IMG/VR virus record: IMGVR_UViG_3300030060_005313
Coordinates: 1 to 64,000 of that record
Direction: 5' to 3' (one strand)
From: a virus
Length of the DNA stretch: 64,000 nt
In this document: positions 30,453 through 37,977 of the stretch, piece after piece
How the letters are laid out: every line of letters begins with the position of its first letter
Numbering within the stretch: the first letter of the stretch is position 1
Notes under the pieces: generated by a model
What the model was told of the DNA's origin: nothing
The model's input: the letters and a program-made list of their open reading frames with translations, nothing else
Databases searched by the model: none
Program-made: the position numbers and the translations under genes

Positions 30453-30769
30453 GGTGGTTGGTCTTCTCAGTCTTACTGCTCTTCGGTTGTCAAGACACTA
30501 GAGTTGGTGAGGCTGAGGAGATTGATATATTCTATAGTAGTCAAAGCATATGTGACTGCCATAGAAGTGGTGTAGAGGTTTTAGAAAGCCTGATAGATAA
30601 GGGTGATGAGGTATATAGAACAATGTTTCAGGAATTAAGAGCAAATTGTTTGAGTAAGTACGGTACTGGTTTGTTTACTCCTAGCTGGTGTAATAATCCT
30701 GATTATATTGGAGAACTGATAGACAGCCTGTATACCATAGGGATAGATATAAACGGTCCCTATCCATAA
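30449..30769 (+). CDS. Putative lipoprotein, Cys-rich
   Basis: MRWLVFSVLLLFGC lipobox. Confidence 0.65.
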   Translation: MRWLVFSVLLLFGCQDTRVGEAEEIDIFYSSQSICDCHRSGVEVLESLIDKGDEVYRTMFQELRANCLSKYGTGLFTPSWCNNPDYIGELIDSLYTIGIDINGPYP

Positions 30770-30811
30770 ATAATTTCATATGCTATAAGATTCTGTAAGT
30801 AGGTTAACCCT

Positions 30812-30845
30812 ATTGGGGGGAGACATAAACCGAGCTCCCCCCAAT
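30812..30845. other. GC-rich hairpin
   Basis: ATTGGGGGGAG-N12-CTCCCCCCAAT, with no U-tract. Confidence 0.6.
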
Positions 30846-31157
30846 TATCACCACTCCATACTATTTATATATACCATTGTTATAGTACTTCAGGGGAGAA
30901 GGGCTATCGATTATATAGGATTTTATTTAGTATTAATTTTTATTGTATTGCCCATATTTTATGCATGGTGGAGAGATTCCTAAACCCAAATCCCCTTTGA
31001 CACACCTTAACCCATTCTTACCCACTTTTTGACACTATCACCTATTTATTATTAGAAGATATTGGTTATTATATACTACGTGTATGTCAGTATGACATAT
31101 TTTTTTAGCCAAGCATTTTAATAAACTGTGTGTGTCATATTGTCAGGAGGTGACGAA

Positions 31158-31673
31158 ATGCCAAAGAATTTAAGCAAGGATAGGATGGTTTGGGCCATTA
31201 ATGAGACTACTTCTATGAGACAGGCGGCTGTGTTATTAGGAGTAGCCTATAATACTTTTAAAAAGTATGCTAAGATGTATGAGCTGTGGAAACCTAATAT
31301 GGATGGGCCTAGAGCTAAAAGTGGTCTTCCACGTGGCTTTAAGCCGGTAGAAATAGCCGATATACTCTCCGGTAAGAACCCCGATTACTCTACAGCTAAG
31401 TTACAGTATCGGTTGGTTCGGGAAGGTTATCTGGAGGAGTGTTGTAGCAACTGTGGATATGATGAATATAGGCCGGCTGATATGACCAAGCCACTCCAAT
31501 TAGACTATCTGGATGATGATTCTACCAATAAAGAATTTAGCAACCTCCGCTTATTGTGTTATAACTGTTATTATCTACTGAAATTGAACCGAAATGAGCC
31601 CTCTGTACCCTCAAATGTGAAGACTTTTACCGAAGCAATCAACAAAGCCTTCTCCACCGACCCAACTGAGTAG
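31158..31673 (+). CDS. HTH + degenerate HNH-like protein
   Basis: AGGAGG SD; SMRQAAVLLGVAYNTFKKYAK (HTH); CSNC...LQLDYLDDDSTNKEFSNLRLLCYNCYY (HNH scaffold lacking the His residues). Confidence 0.75.
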   Translation: MPKNLSKDRMVWAINETTSMRQAAVLLGVAYNTFKKYAKMYELWKPNMDGPRAKSGLPRGFKPVEIADILSGKNPDYSTAKLQYRLVREGYLEECCSNCGYDEYRPADMTKPLQLDYLDDDSTNKEFSNLRLLCYNCYYLLKLNRNEPSVPSNVKTFTEAINKAFSTDPTE

Positions 31674-31697
31674 CGAATCCTAATCTCAATACCCCTA

Positions 31698-31727
31698 AGC
31701 TTAACGCATTTTTGCCATATGAGTCAA
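31698..31727 (-). promoter_or_regulatory. Early-type promoter on minus strand, antisense to the HNH-like gene
   Basis: Reverse complement reads agacTTGACT-N18-TAAGCTtagggg, close to the copy at 33365. Confidence 0.65.
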
Positions 31728-31800
31728 GTCTTTTCTTATATTTTTATGCGGCTTATCGACTGCACGCGGCTAATTAATTGAAAAAAAGTTAAAAAACCCC

Positions 31801-31829
31801 TTGACTTTTAGCTTATTTCTTCGTAGCTT
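31801..31829 (+). promoter_or_regulatory. Early sigma70-type promoter
   Basis: TTGACT-N17-TAGCTT with upstream A-tract. Confidence 0.8.
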
Positions 31830-31852
31830 AAAGGGTAATAATTAAGGAATAT

Positions 31853-32008
31853 ATGATGTATAAGAATTTAGTAGAAAACCCATTCGGAGATATAGTCGAG
31901 AGAACTGATTACGGTACTCATAAGAATCAGTTAAATCTGTTCGATAATCTTAATGAGATAGTCGAGGAGAATAGAACGGCCAACGATATACTAAATTTCT
32001 TATTTTAA
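31853..32008 (+). CDS. 51-aa early protein with QLNLF motif (not in ORF track)
   Basis: Promoter plus AAGGA SD; MMYKNLVENPFGDIVERTDYGTHKNQLNLFDNLNEIVEENRTANDILNFLF. Confidence 0.7.
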   Translation: MMYKNLVENPFGDIVERTDYGTHKNQLNLFDNLNEIVEENRTANDILNFLF

Positions 32009-32026
32009 AATAATTGAAAAAAACCC

Positions 32027-32055
32027 TTGACTTTTAGCAAAATTCTTCGTAGCTT
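32027..32055 (+). promoter_or_regulatory. Early sigma70-type promoter
   Basis: TTGACT-N17-TAGCTT; near-duplicate of the 31801 unit. Confidence 0.8.
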
Positions 32056-32061
32056 AAGGGG

Positions 32062-32280
32062 TAATGATTAAGGAAATAACAATGAATTAGTGAGAAAAGA
32101 TTTAAAGAGAACATGACTTGGCTAAGACTTAATCTCTTCGCGGTGTTCTCTGAGTGGGGCTAGGGTTAAGAGCCACCGTCTGTCACTTTGTCTGACATCT
32201 GGAGCCCCAAAGATTTACTTTGTTATTGGTTAGGTGTGGCTGAGAGGTTTCCTCCTTATTCCCTCTCAGCCACTTTTTTT
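32062..32280 (+). ncRNA. Candidate structured non-coding RNA (~220 nt)
   Basis: Bounded by its own promoter and terminator; only a minigene at the 5' end; stems AGAGAACA/TGTTCTCT, GGGGCT/AGCCCC, TGTCA/TGACA. Confidence 0.6.
32236..32280 (+). terminator. Rho-independent terminator with CCTCCTTA loop
   Basis: GTGGCTGAGAGG-tttcctccttattc-CCTCTCAGCCAC-TTTTTTT, a 12-bp perfect stem. Confidence 0.88.
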
Positions 32281-32334
32281 ATTAACTCGGTTAGCTAAAA
32301 TATATTTTGCTACGCAAGGATGATATTTATATAT

Positions 32335-32523
32335 ATGAAAGACTTTAAACGATTACAGACACTTATTAACCAGATGGAGACAGACCTCATCATGCTCTAT
32401 CAGAGCGGGGAGGTCATAGAGTTCATGAAGGAAGACCCCGAGTACATAGCGGTATCGATGGTTAGTCTAATACTGGATAGGGAGCACTTCCTACAGCTAG
32501 GTATGGTGGTGGGGGAGGCATGA
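32335..32523 (+). CDS. Hypothetical protein
   Basis: ATG just after TATTTATA (32324-32331). Confidence 0.5.
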   Translation: MKDFKRLQTLINQMETDLIMLYQSGEVIEFMKEDPEYIAVSMVSLILDREHFLQLGMVVGEA

Positions 32524-32702
32524 CAGAGTGACAGAGCTGGGGGCCATGCCGTAGCATTAAGTCGTTAATCGCGAGCAGGTGACATATTGTCACACGCTCA
32601 TGCTGAAGCGTATATAGAGGCAAAATTTTTTTCCCTATAGTAATTGATAAAACTTTCGTATCATAATGATAAAAAATAATTAGCGTAGGGTATAGGGTAC
32701 TT

Positions 32703-32948
32703 ATGAAAATAGATTGGAAAAACTTATCGGGTGTAGTTGGGTTTATTGTGGCACTTTCAGGAGGTTACTATAAGCTCTCCTCTGACAGCCAACAGTTAGT
32801 AAAGGAGCAGATAGTTATTCAGAAGGCTGAGAAGGCTCGTTGGCAGATAGACTCTCTTCGTATAGAACGTAAGTTTAAGGAGTTGAGATGGGAGATGCAA
32901 GACTCACTCAGAATGGAGATAGCTAAGTTAGAGGATAAGTTGAGATGA
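32703..32948 (+). CDS. Small TM + coiled-coil protein
   Basis: N-terminal hydrophobic helix, heptad-like C-terminus. Confidence 0.6.
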   Translation: MKIDWKNLSGVVGFIVALSGGYYKLSSDSQQLVKEQIVIQKAEKARWQIDSLRIERKFKELRWEMQDSLRMEIAKLEDKLR

Positions 32949-33022
32949 TATATTTTTTATTTGGTTGTATATTATTCTGTATAACACTATGTATATATCT
33001 TATGATTAGTATGGATTAACCG

Positions 33023-33199
33023 ATGTGGTTTAGGATTAAGGCAAAAGATTTATCTATTGATAAACAGAATGGTGGTAGGTGGATAACGTTTTGGCTTTGG
33101 GGAGATAGTGAAGACCATATTAGAGATATATTAGATAGTAAAGGCCACCATGACCCTATTGAATACATTATCCAAGATAAACCAAGTTTTGTTGACTAA
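33023..33199 (+). CDS. Hypothetical 58-aa protein (not in ORF track)
   Basis: MWFRIKAKDLSIDKQNGGRWITFWLWG...; weak GGA SD. Confidence 0.45.
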   Translation: MWFRIKAKDLSIDKQNGGRWITFWLWGDSEDHIRDILDSKGHHDPIEYIIQDKPSFVD

Positions 33200-33364
33200 T
33201 GATAAATTTTTTATTACATATCTACCTCAAATTTCGCCAATGGCTACTCCCAACTAAATACAAGACAATACACGTTTATAGCGATGACAATTGTCGAACC
33301 GACACCGAAGGTGGACCATATAAGGTACTAATCAAAAAAAAATAAAAAAAGTTTCCCAAAAGAC

Positions 33365-33394
33365 TTGACTTGAATGCGGCTTAAGCGTTAACTT
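33365..33394 (+). promoter_or_regulatory. Early-type promoter (variant)
   Basis: TTGACT-N18-TAACTT with long upstream A-tracts. Confidence 0.7.
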
Positions 33395-33444
33395 AGGGGG
33401 CCACTAAAAGGCTGTTTTTTTAACACTTAATAAAAGGAGTTCAA

Positions 33445-33723
33445 ATGAACTATTCAATAACACTCAACACTTGGAAGCTACCAAACATCAAGCTAGGAGA
33501 TTCTTACCAGTACGGTGAGAAGAAACATAAGATTGGTGAGATTCGAAAGAATGATTTGGTCTTGGTTAAGAGATTCAAAAACTACTATCAGATGACGAAA
33601 GGAAATCACTACGAGACATATGTCTTGAAAGCGACTTCTAACTCTTTCAAACCGGTTCAGACGAATAGTGTTCGAATCCAAAACTCTTGGAGTCGGTACT
33701 TCGATTGTGTGAGGGTTTCATAA
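33445..33723 (+). CDS. Early hypothetical protein
   Basis: AAGGAG SD; flanked by promoter and terminator. Confidence 0.7.
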   Translation: MNYSITLNTWKLPNIKLGDSYQYGEKKHKIGEIRKNDLVLVKRFKNYYQMTKGNHYETYVLKATSNSFKPVQTNSVRIQNSWSRYFDCVRVS

Positions 33724-33732
33724 CTCTCAAAG

Positions 33733-33764
33733 ATAGGATGGGTTTCGGCCCATCCTATTTTTTT
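33733..33764 (+). terminator. Rho-independent terminator
   Basis: ATAGGATGGGT-TTCG-GCCCATCCTAT-TTTTTT. Confidence 0.9.
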
Positions 33765-33799
33765 GCCCAAAATTATTTTAACTTTTTTTAAAAAAAGAC

Positions 33800-33829
33800 T
33801 TGACTCGTATGGCGTTTTATATATAGCTT
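33800..33829 (+). promoter_or_regulatory. Early sigma70-type promoter
   Basis: TTGACT-N18-TAGCTT. Confidence 0.78.
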
Positions 33830-33834
33830 AAGGC

Positions 33835-34035
33835 ATGATAAAAAGGGAAAAAATAATGAAAACAAATCAAATCGAAAGAGGTGAGTGGCTTGACAAAACT
33901 GTCTTCTTTAATGGAGTTATGGGTTCTGTTGTAGACCATTGTAATGGACGGTTTCTCGTCTGTTTTCACGATGCTGTAAATACTCACTTGTGGGAACACA
34001 AGTGGATTGATAATCAACTTTTAGTGTGGGGTTAA
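33835..34035 (+). CDS. Early hypothetical protein (alternative start 33856)
   Basis: ATG at the predicted TSS and a second in-frame SD-led ATG. Confidence 0.6.
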   Translation: MIKREKIMKTNQIERGEWLDKTVFFNGVMGSVVDHCNGRFLVCFHDAVNTHLWEHKWIDNQLLVWG

Positions 34036-34036
34036 A

Positions 34037-34369
34037 ATGAACGAAACAATTTATAATAAAAATCATATGATTGGTGTTGAAGAATTAGAACCACCATTCA
34101 GAGAAGTTACATTTGATAACCTAATGTTAGAGTTCTGTAACGACTACGATAGAAGTGAGTGTGATGATTTTGCAGTAGTTTGGGATATGGTTGATGAAGA
34201 ACTTCACATTAAACAGATATACAACCATGATACTGGTGAGATTTATTGGGAAGATAATTTTCCTGAACTTGTAGGTTGTGGAGTCCTCGGTAGGGATTGG
34301 ACTATAGGTGATGAGATACTCTATTGTAGTCTTCTAATGTGGGGCGAAATGGAACAAACAATTGCGTAA
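34037..34369 (+). CDS. Acidic early hypothetical protein
   Basis: 110 aa, D/E-rich. Confidence 0.65.
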   Translation: MNETIYNKNHMIGVEELEPPFREVTFDNLMLEFCNDYDRSECDDFAVVWDMVDEELHIKQIYNHDTGEIYWEDNFPELVGCGVLGRDWTIGDEILYCSLLMWGEMEQTIA

Positions 34370-34387
34370 AAAAAATTAAAAAAAGAC

Positions 34388-34417
34388 TTGACTCGTATTG
34401 CATTTTTGTATTAGCTT
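34388..34417 (+). promoter_or_regulatory. Early sigma70-type promoter
   Basis: TTGACT-N18-TAGCTT. Confidence 0.78.
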
Positions 34418-34422
34418 AAGGC

Positions 34423-34677
34423 ATGATAAATGAGGAAAATATGAAAAACATAATCAAATTAGAAAGTATCGGAACTGCATTAAATATGAAAACCGGCATG
34501 ACTCATCCGATAAATGCCGATGGTACTATTGACTTTTATGAAGGAGTAGCATGTCACATTCTCTATGATGAGCCTGGTGTTCCAGGTGGTTTCAATGAGG
34601 ATGGTTTTGAGTTGTATGACTTGGCTGATTTAAAAGATAGGGAAGTCATCGAAGAATATTTAGAAACAACAAAGTAA
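34423..34677 (+). CDS. Early hypothetical protein (alternative start 34441)
   Basis: ATG at the predicted TSS plus GAGGA-led in-frame ATG. Confidence 0.6.
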   Translation: MINEENMKNIIKLESIGTALNMKTGMTHPINADGTIDFYEGVACHILYDEPGVPGGFNEDGFELYDLADLKDREVIEEYLETTK

Positions 34678-34689
34678 AAGGAAAAAATA

Positions 34690-35061
34690 ATGGCTTATAT
34701 GAATCAAGAAAAGAAAAAAGAGTTAGCTCCAAAAATTAAACAGGCTTTGAAAAAGCATAATATGAAGGGAACTCTTTCTGTTGATAATTACTCTACTTTA
34801 AGGTTGACTCTTCAATCTGGTCCTATCGACTTTAAGTATGTTGGTCAGGATGGTAGGACTATTAGAAATATAAATGAGTATTGGTATCAAGACCACTTCA
34901 AAGATAATCCTGAAGCACTTGCTTTCTTATCAGAAGTTATTCCAGCGATGAATAATGGAAACCACGATAACTCTGATATAATGACAGATTACTTTGATGT
35001 CGGTTGGTATATCTCTGTTAACCTTGGTAAGTGGGATAAACCTTATATAGTTAATGCGTAA
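34690..35061 (+). CDS. Conserved phage protein, LPD29-like
   Basis: NHDNSDIMTDYFDVGWY motif resembles large-polyvalent-protein-associated domain 29. Confidence 0.55.
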   Translation: MAYMNQEKKKELAPKIKQALKKHNMKGTLSVDNYSTLRLTLQSGPIDFKYVGQDGRTIRNINEYWYQDHFKDNPEALAFLSEVIPAMNNGNHDNSDIMTDYFDVGWYISVNLGKWDKPYIVNA

Positions 35062-35479
35062 TAAAGAAAGATTTAAAAAAGAGATTAGGGCTCTTAGAAC
35101 TGTACTTATGGATGAGCCCTACTGTAAATCGTTAGGTAGCTTTCATACCTTTGTAGCTGATATGCATGTAGCATTAGTATCTGATAGAAGGATTACAGAT
35201 AAGATGCAAAGCAGTATTCAAAAGATTATTGATAACTATCATAGGTTAAATCAGCCTGATATTAGAACAAAGAGATTACAAATTATGGATAAGATGGATA
35301 TGTTGTCCAAAAAATTAGAGCAGTGTGATTACCACAAGTTATATAGGATGGAAAAGCAGGAAGTTATAGATAGTATGAAGAGGTGGGTATCAAGAACCGG
35401 TAAGTTGACTAAGGGGCAAATGGTATATTGTAATAAACTTTTTAAACAATTTAATAAAAAAATTCAAAAAAGAGCTTGA
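35054..35479 (+). CDS. Basic helical hypothetical protein
   Basis: 141 aa with two similar halves (ITDKMQ / LTKGQM). Confidence 0.6.
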   Translation: MRNKERFKKEIRALRTVLMDEPYCKSLGSFHTFVADMHVALVSDRRITDKMQSSIQKIIDNYHRLNQPDIRTKRLQIMDKMDMLSKKLEQCDYHKLYRMEKQEVIDSMKRWVSRTGKLTKGQMVYCNKLFKQFNKKIQKRA

Positions 35480-35521
35480 CTTTTAGCAAAAGTTTTTGTA
35501 GCTTTAGCCGTTAAATAAAGG
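35475..35521 (+). repeat. 47-bp direct repeat copy 1 (promoter + SD unit)
   Basis: cttgacttttagcaaaagtttttgtagctttagccgttaaataaagg, identical to 35742..35788; contains TTGACT-N17-TAGCTT. Confidence 0.92.
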
Positions 35522-35530
35522 AAATAAATA

Positions 35531-35734
35531 ATGGAAACATATCAAATCAATGGAATAACAGTTTGTGGAGAAATCAAGTGGACTAGAATTGGAGAGCCAG
35601 TTGATATGGATAATGACTACGAGATGGCTAGGGTTTACGGAATGGATATTACTGGTAGAGGGTATTGTGCCGTAGGATATATTGAAGATGGTCTCATAGA
35701 TGACATCGTTGATGAAACTTTTGAAATACTTTAA
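35531..35734 (+). CDS. Small acidic early protein
   Basis: Lies between the two 47-bp repeats; similar to 36550..36807. Confidence 0.7.
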   Translation: METYQINGITVCGEIKWTRIGEPVDMDNDYEMARVYGMDITGRGYCAVGYIEDGLIDDIVDETFEIL

Positions 35735-35741
35735 AAAAGTA

Positions 35742-35788
35742 CTTGACTTTTAGCAAAAGTTTTTGTAGCTTTAGCCGTTAAATAAAGG
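35742..35788 (+). repeat. 47-bp direct repeat copy 2 (promoter + SD unit)
   Basis: Identical to 35475..35521. Confidence 0.92.
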
Positions 35789-35797
35789 GAAAAAATA

Positions 35798-35941
35798 ATG
35801 AAAACAATTTTTGAAGAAATACAAAATGATATGGATGAGTTCTTCGCAGAGATAGATGCTATCATCGGTAGGGAACCTGAGATGACAGATGAAGAAGCTG
35901 AACACTTGGAAATGAAAGCGGAGTTGGCTCATGGAATTTAA
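35798..35941 (+). CDS. 47-aa acidic early protein (not in ORF track)
   Basis: Promoter plus SD; MKTIFEEIQNDMDEFFAEIDAIIGREPEMTDEEAEHLEMKAELAHGI. Confidence 0.65.
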   Translation: MKTIFEEIQNDMDEFFAEIDAIIGREPEMTDEEAEHLEMKAELAHGI

Positions 35942-36287
35942 TCAGGCTGTAGATAATTTACTTATAGGGATTGGAGATGACTATACCAGATGGTCTTCAC
36001 CATTAAAAACTGATGAGCAGAATATGGTTGATATTAAGACTAGGATGATTGGTGAATTCAAAGATGGTATCAAAATTAGGAGTGGTAAGAAGTATGTAAA
36101 AGTTATCACCGGTTCTTCTGTTTGGGGTTTCATCGCTAAAGAAGATGGAGTTCACAAAGGAATACCACATAAGAAAGGTGATGTCTTCAAAGCCGCTGGT
36201 TGGGCAGCTCCGGCTAAATGGGCTAGAGGAAGTATTTTTGACAATAACACAAATTGGTTCAGATGGACTGGACCTAATTACTTGTAA
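35931..36287 (+). CDS. Conserved phage early protein
   Basis: GKKYVKVI...SVWGFI...GDVFKAAGWAAPAKWARGSIF...WTGPNYL, a motif recalled from T4-like phages. Confidence 0.7.
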   Translation: MEFNQAVDNLLIGIGDDYTRWSSPLKTDEQNMVDIKTRMIGEFKDGIKIRSGKKYVKVITGSSVWGFIAKEDGVHKGIPHKKGDVFKAAGWAAPAKWARGSIFDNNTNWFRWTGPNYL

Positions 36288-36297
36288 GGAGTAAAGT

Positions 36298-36492
36298 ATG
36301 ATAAATCCAAAAGATGAAGCCATCTTAGATATGATGGCTGATGAAATCGAAGTCAGTAACGAACTAATCGCTGATAACAGCGACTATGTTGATTACCTTC
36401 TCAATGAGAGGAAGGATGGTTACTCAGGTGATTATGAGTCATCTGATGTACTAGAGTTTGATGAAACAGATGACGAGTGGTATCTTGACTAA
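36298..36492 (+). CDS. Highly acidic small protein
   Basis: 22 of 64 residues are D/E, only 3 K/R; AAGGAG SD. Confidence 0.7.
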   Translation: MINPKDEAILDMMADEIEVSNELIADNSDYVDYLLNERKDGYSGDYESSDVLEFDETDDEWYLD

Positions 36493-36511
36493 AAAAATAT
36501 TAAAAAAAGAC

Positions 36512-36541
36512 TTGACTTATATTGCAATTCTTTTGTAGCTT
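36512..36541 (+). promoter_or_regulatory. Early sigma70-type promoter
   Basis: TTGACT-N18-TAGCTT. Confidence 0.78.
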
Positions 36542-36549
36542 TAAACGTA

Positions 36550-36807
36550 ATGAAAAGGAAAAATATGATACACAAATTAGTTCATGAAACAGTAAACATT
36601 AAAGGATGGGACATAGTTGGTTCTATCGATTGGACAATTGGTGATGAAACCGAATTACCATTTGAAGATCATCAACCTGATAAGACATTACATTACATCA
36701 ATGGATATGATAAGGCTGGAACATCAGTTAGTTGTATCGGTGAAGTAGTTAATGGTACAGTTGTAGATGTATTTTTTGATTATTTAATTGCTAAATATAA
36801 TAACTAA
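36550..36807 (+). CDS. Early hypothetical protein (alternative start 36565)
   Basis: Similar to 35531..35734. Confidence 0.65.
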   Translation: MKRKNMIHKLVHETVNIKGWDIVGSIDWTIGDETELPFEDHQPDKTLHYINGYDKAGTSVSCIGEVVNGTVVDVFFDYLIAKYNN

Positions 36808-36825
36808 AACAAAGGAGTATGTTAA

Positions 36826-37095
36826 ATGACATATGTATATGAGTACACCGTAAATGAAGACAATGTTAAAGTGGAGTATTGCTTTAGTTCTGTCTCAGAC
36901 GAAATCAAAGTGGTTGATATGTGGGTTAATGGAAAGTTCCATAGGACTAATTGGATGAGCCACGAAGGTAGAGCCCTATTGATGGCGAGGTTAGAACTTG
37001 ATATGGAGAATAGGATGTGTGGTACTTTGGATGACGTAACTGTTGGAACTGAAATTGATTTAGATAGAGATATACCGGAGATTGGAATTGCTTAA
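36826..37095 (+). CDS. Hypothetical protein
   Basis: AAGGAG SD. Confidence 0.65.
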   Translation: MTYVYEYTVNEDNVKVEYCFSSVSDEIKVVDMWVNGKFHRTNWMSHEGRALLMARLELDMENRMCGTLDDVTVGTEIDLDRDIPEIGIA

Positions 37096-37351
37096 AGAAA
37101 TATTAGATAGACTCGTAGATATAGAAGTTCAGTTAGATGACGCTTACTACAACCTACCTGAGTATGATGCTAACTCAGAAGGTAAGGGTTATATAGATGG
37201 TGCAAGGTGTGACTTGTACCATCTAAAAGATGAAATCGAAAAACGTATTTTAACCGAAAAAAGTTTAGACCCAATGAACAGGTTTGATGGTGAGGATGTC
37301 ACGCTTGATGAGGTTATGAATACATCACCAACATTAGCTAAAGGATTATAA
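37082..37351 (+). CDS. Acidic helical hypothetical protein
   Basis: GGAG SD before TTG start. Confidence 0.6.
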   Translation: MELLKEILDRLVDIEVQLDDAYYNLPEYDANSEGKGYIDGARCDLYHLKDEIEKRILTEKSLDPMNRFDGEDVTLDEVMNTSPTLAKGL

Positions 37352-37472
37352 CAATGTGGAATGATATAGCGACACTAATAGTTTTCAATTGGATACCAGT
37401 ATCTATGATTGTAATTGCATCTTGGTTATTCGTAGAGTTGGTTAAATACGAACATAGGAGAAAAGATAATCA

Positions 37473-37691
37473 ATGAACCTATTAGAAGCAATTATAGAAA
37501 AGTTTGATGGTGTTATCATAGAAGATAACCAATGGACTGTTGAAGGTTCTAATGGCAAACGGTACATTGTGGAATGGGATAAGTATAATAAAAAATACAG
37601 TTGTCAATGTAAAGGTTATATTTATAGAAAGAAGTGCAGACACATAACAGAACTATCAGAATCTTTTAGGAGACATTATGCAGTTAGATAA
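37473..37691 (+). CDS. SWIM zinc-finger protein
   Basis: VEGSNGKRYIV...SCQCKGYIYRKKCRHI (CxC-n-CxH). Confidence 0.8.
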   Translation: MNLLEAIIEKFDGVIIEDNQWTVEGSNGKRYIVEWDKYNKKYSCQCKGYIYRKKCRHITELSESFRRHYAVR

Positions 37692-37977
37692 TATAGACCA
37701 CGTTGCTATACAAGTTACACACATAGCTAGGGGTGTAGCTTTTTATAAAAAGAATTTTAATTGTGAAGTAGAATATGAAGACCAATCTTGGGCATTACTG
37801 AAATTCGAAAACACAAAACTAGCTTTAGTATTACCCGCAGAACACCCGCCACATATTGCAATTATAGATGATGAATTAGAAGGTGGAGATGTACATAGGG
37901 ATGGTAGCCGTTCTAAGTACGAACATGATGGCTATGGGAATATGGTAGAAATAATTACTTATAAGGATGTAAAATGA
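37678..37977 (+). CDS. VOC/glyoxalase family protein
   Basis: IDHVAIQV...FYKKNF...HIA...DGYGNMVEI. Confidence 0.8.
   Translation: MQLDNIDHVAIQVTHIARGVAFYKKNFNCEVEYEDQSWALLKFENTKLALVLPAEHPPHIAIIDDELEGGDVHRDGSRSKYEHDGYGNMVEIITYKDVK

Noticed and set aside
32156-32210. GGGGCT start as tmRNA or tRNA 5' end
   Set aside because: No T-arm/CCA end, too short, and no tag reading frame.
33660-33690. GTTCGAATCC as a tRNA T-loop
   Set aside because: It lies inside an SD-led ORF, with no acceptor stem or cloverleaf around it. I found no tRNA in the window.
31775-36560. Repeated ~30-47 bp units as a CRISPR array
   Set aside because: Spacing is irregular (hundreds of bp), the intervals contain ORFs, and the units are -35/-10 promoters; no cas operon is present.
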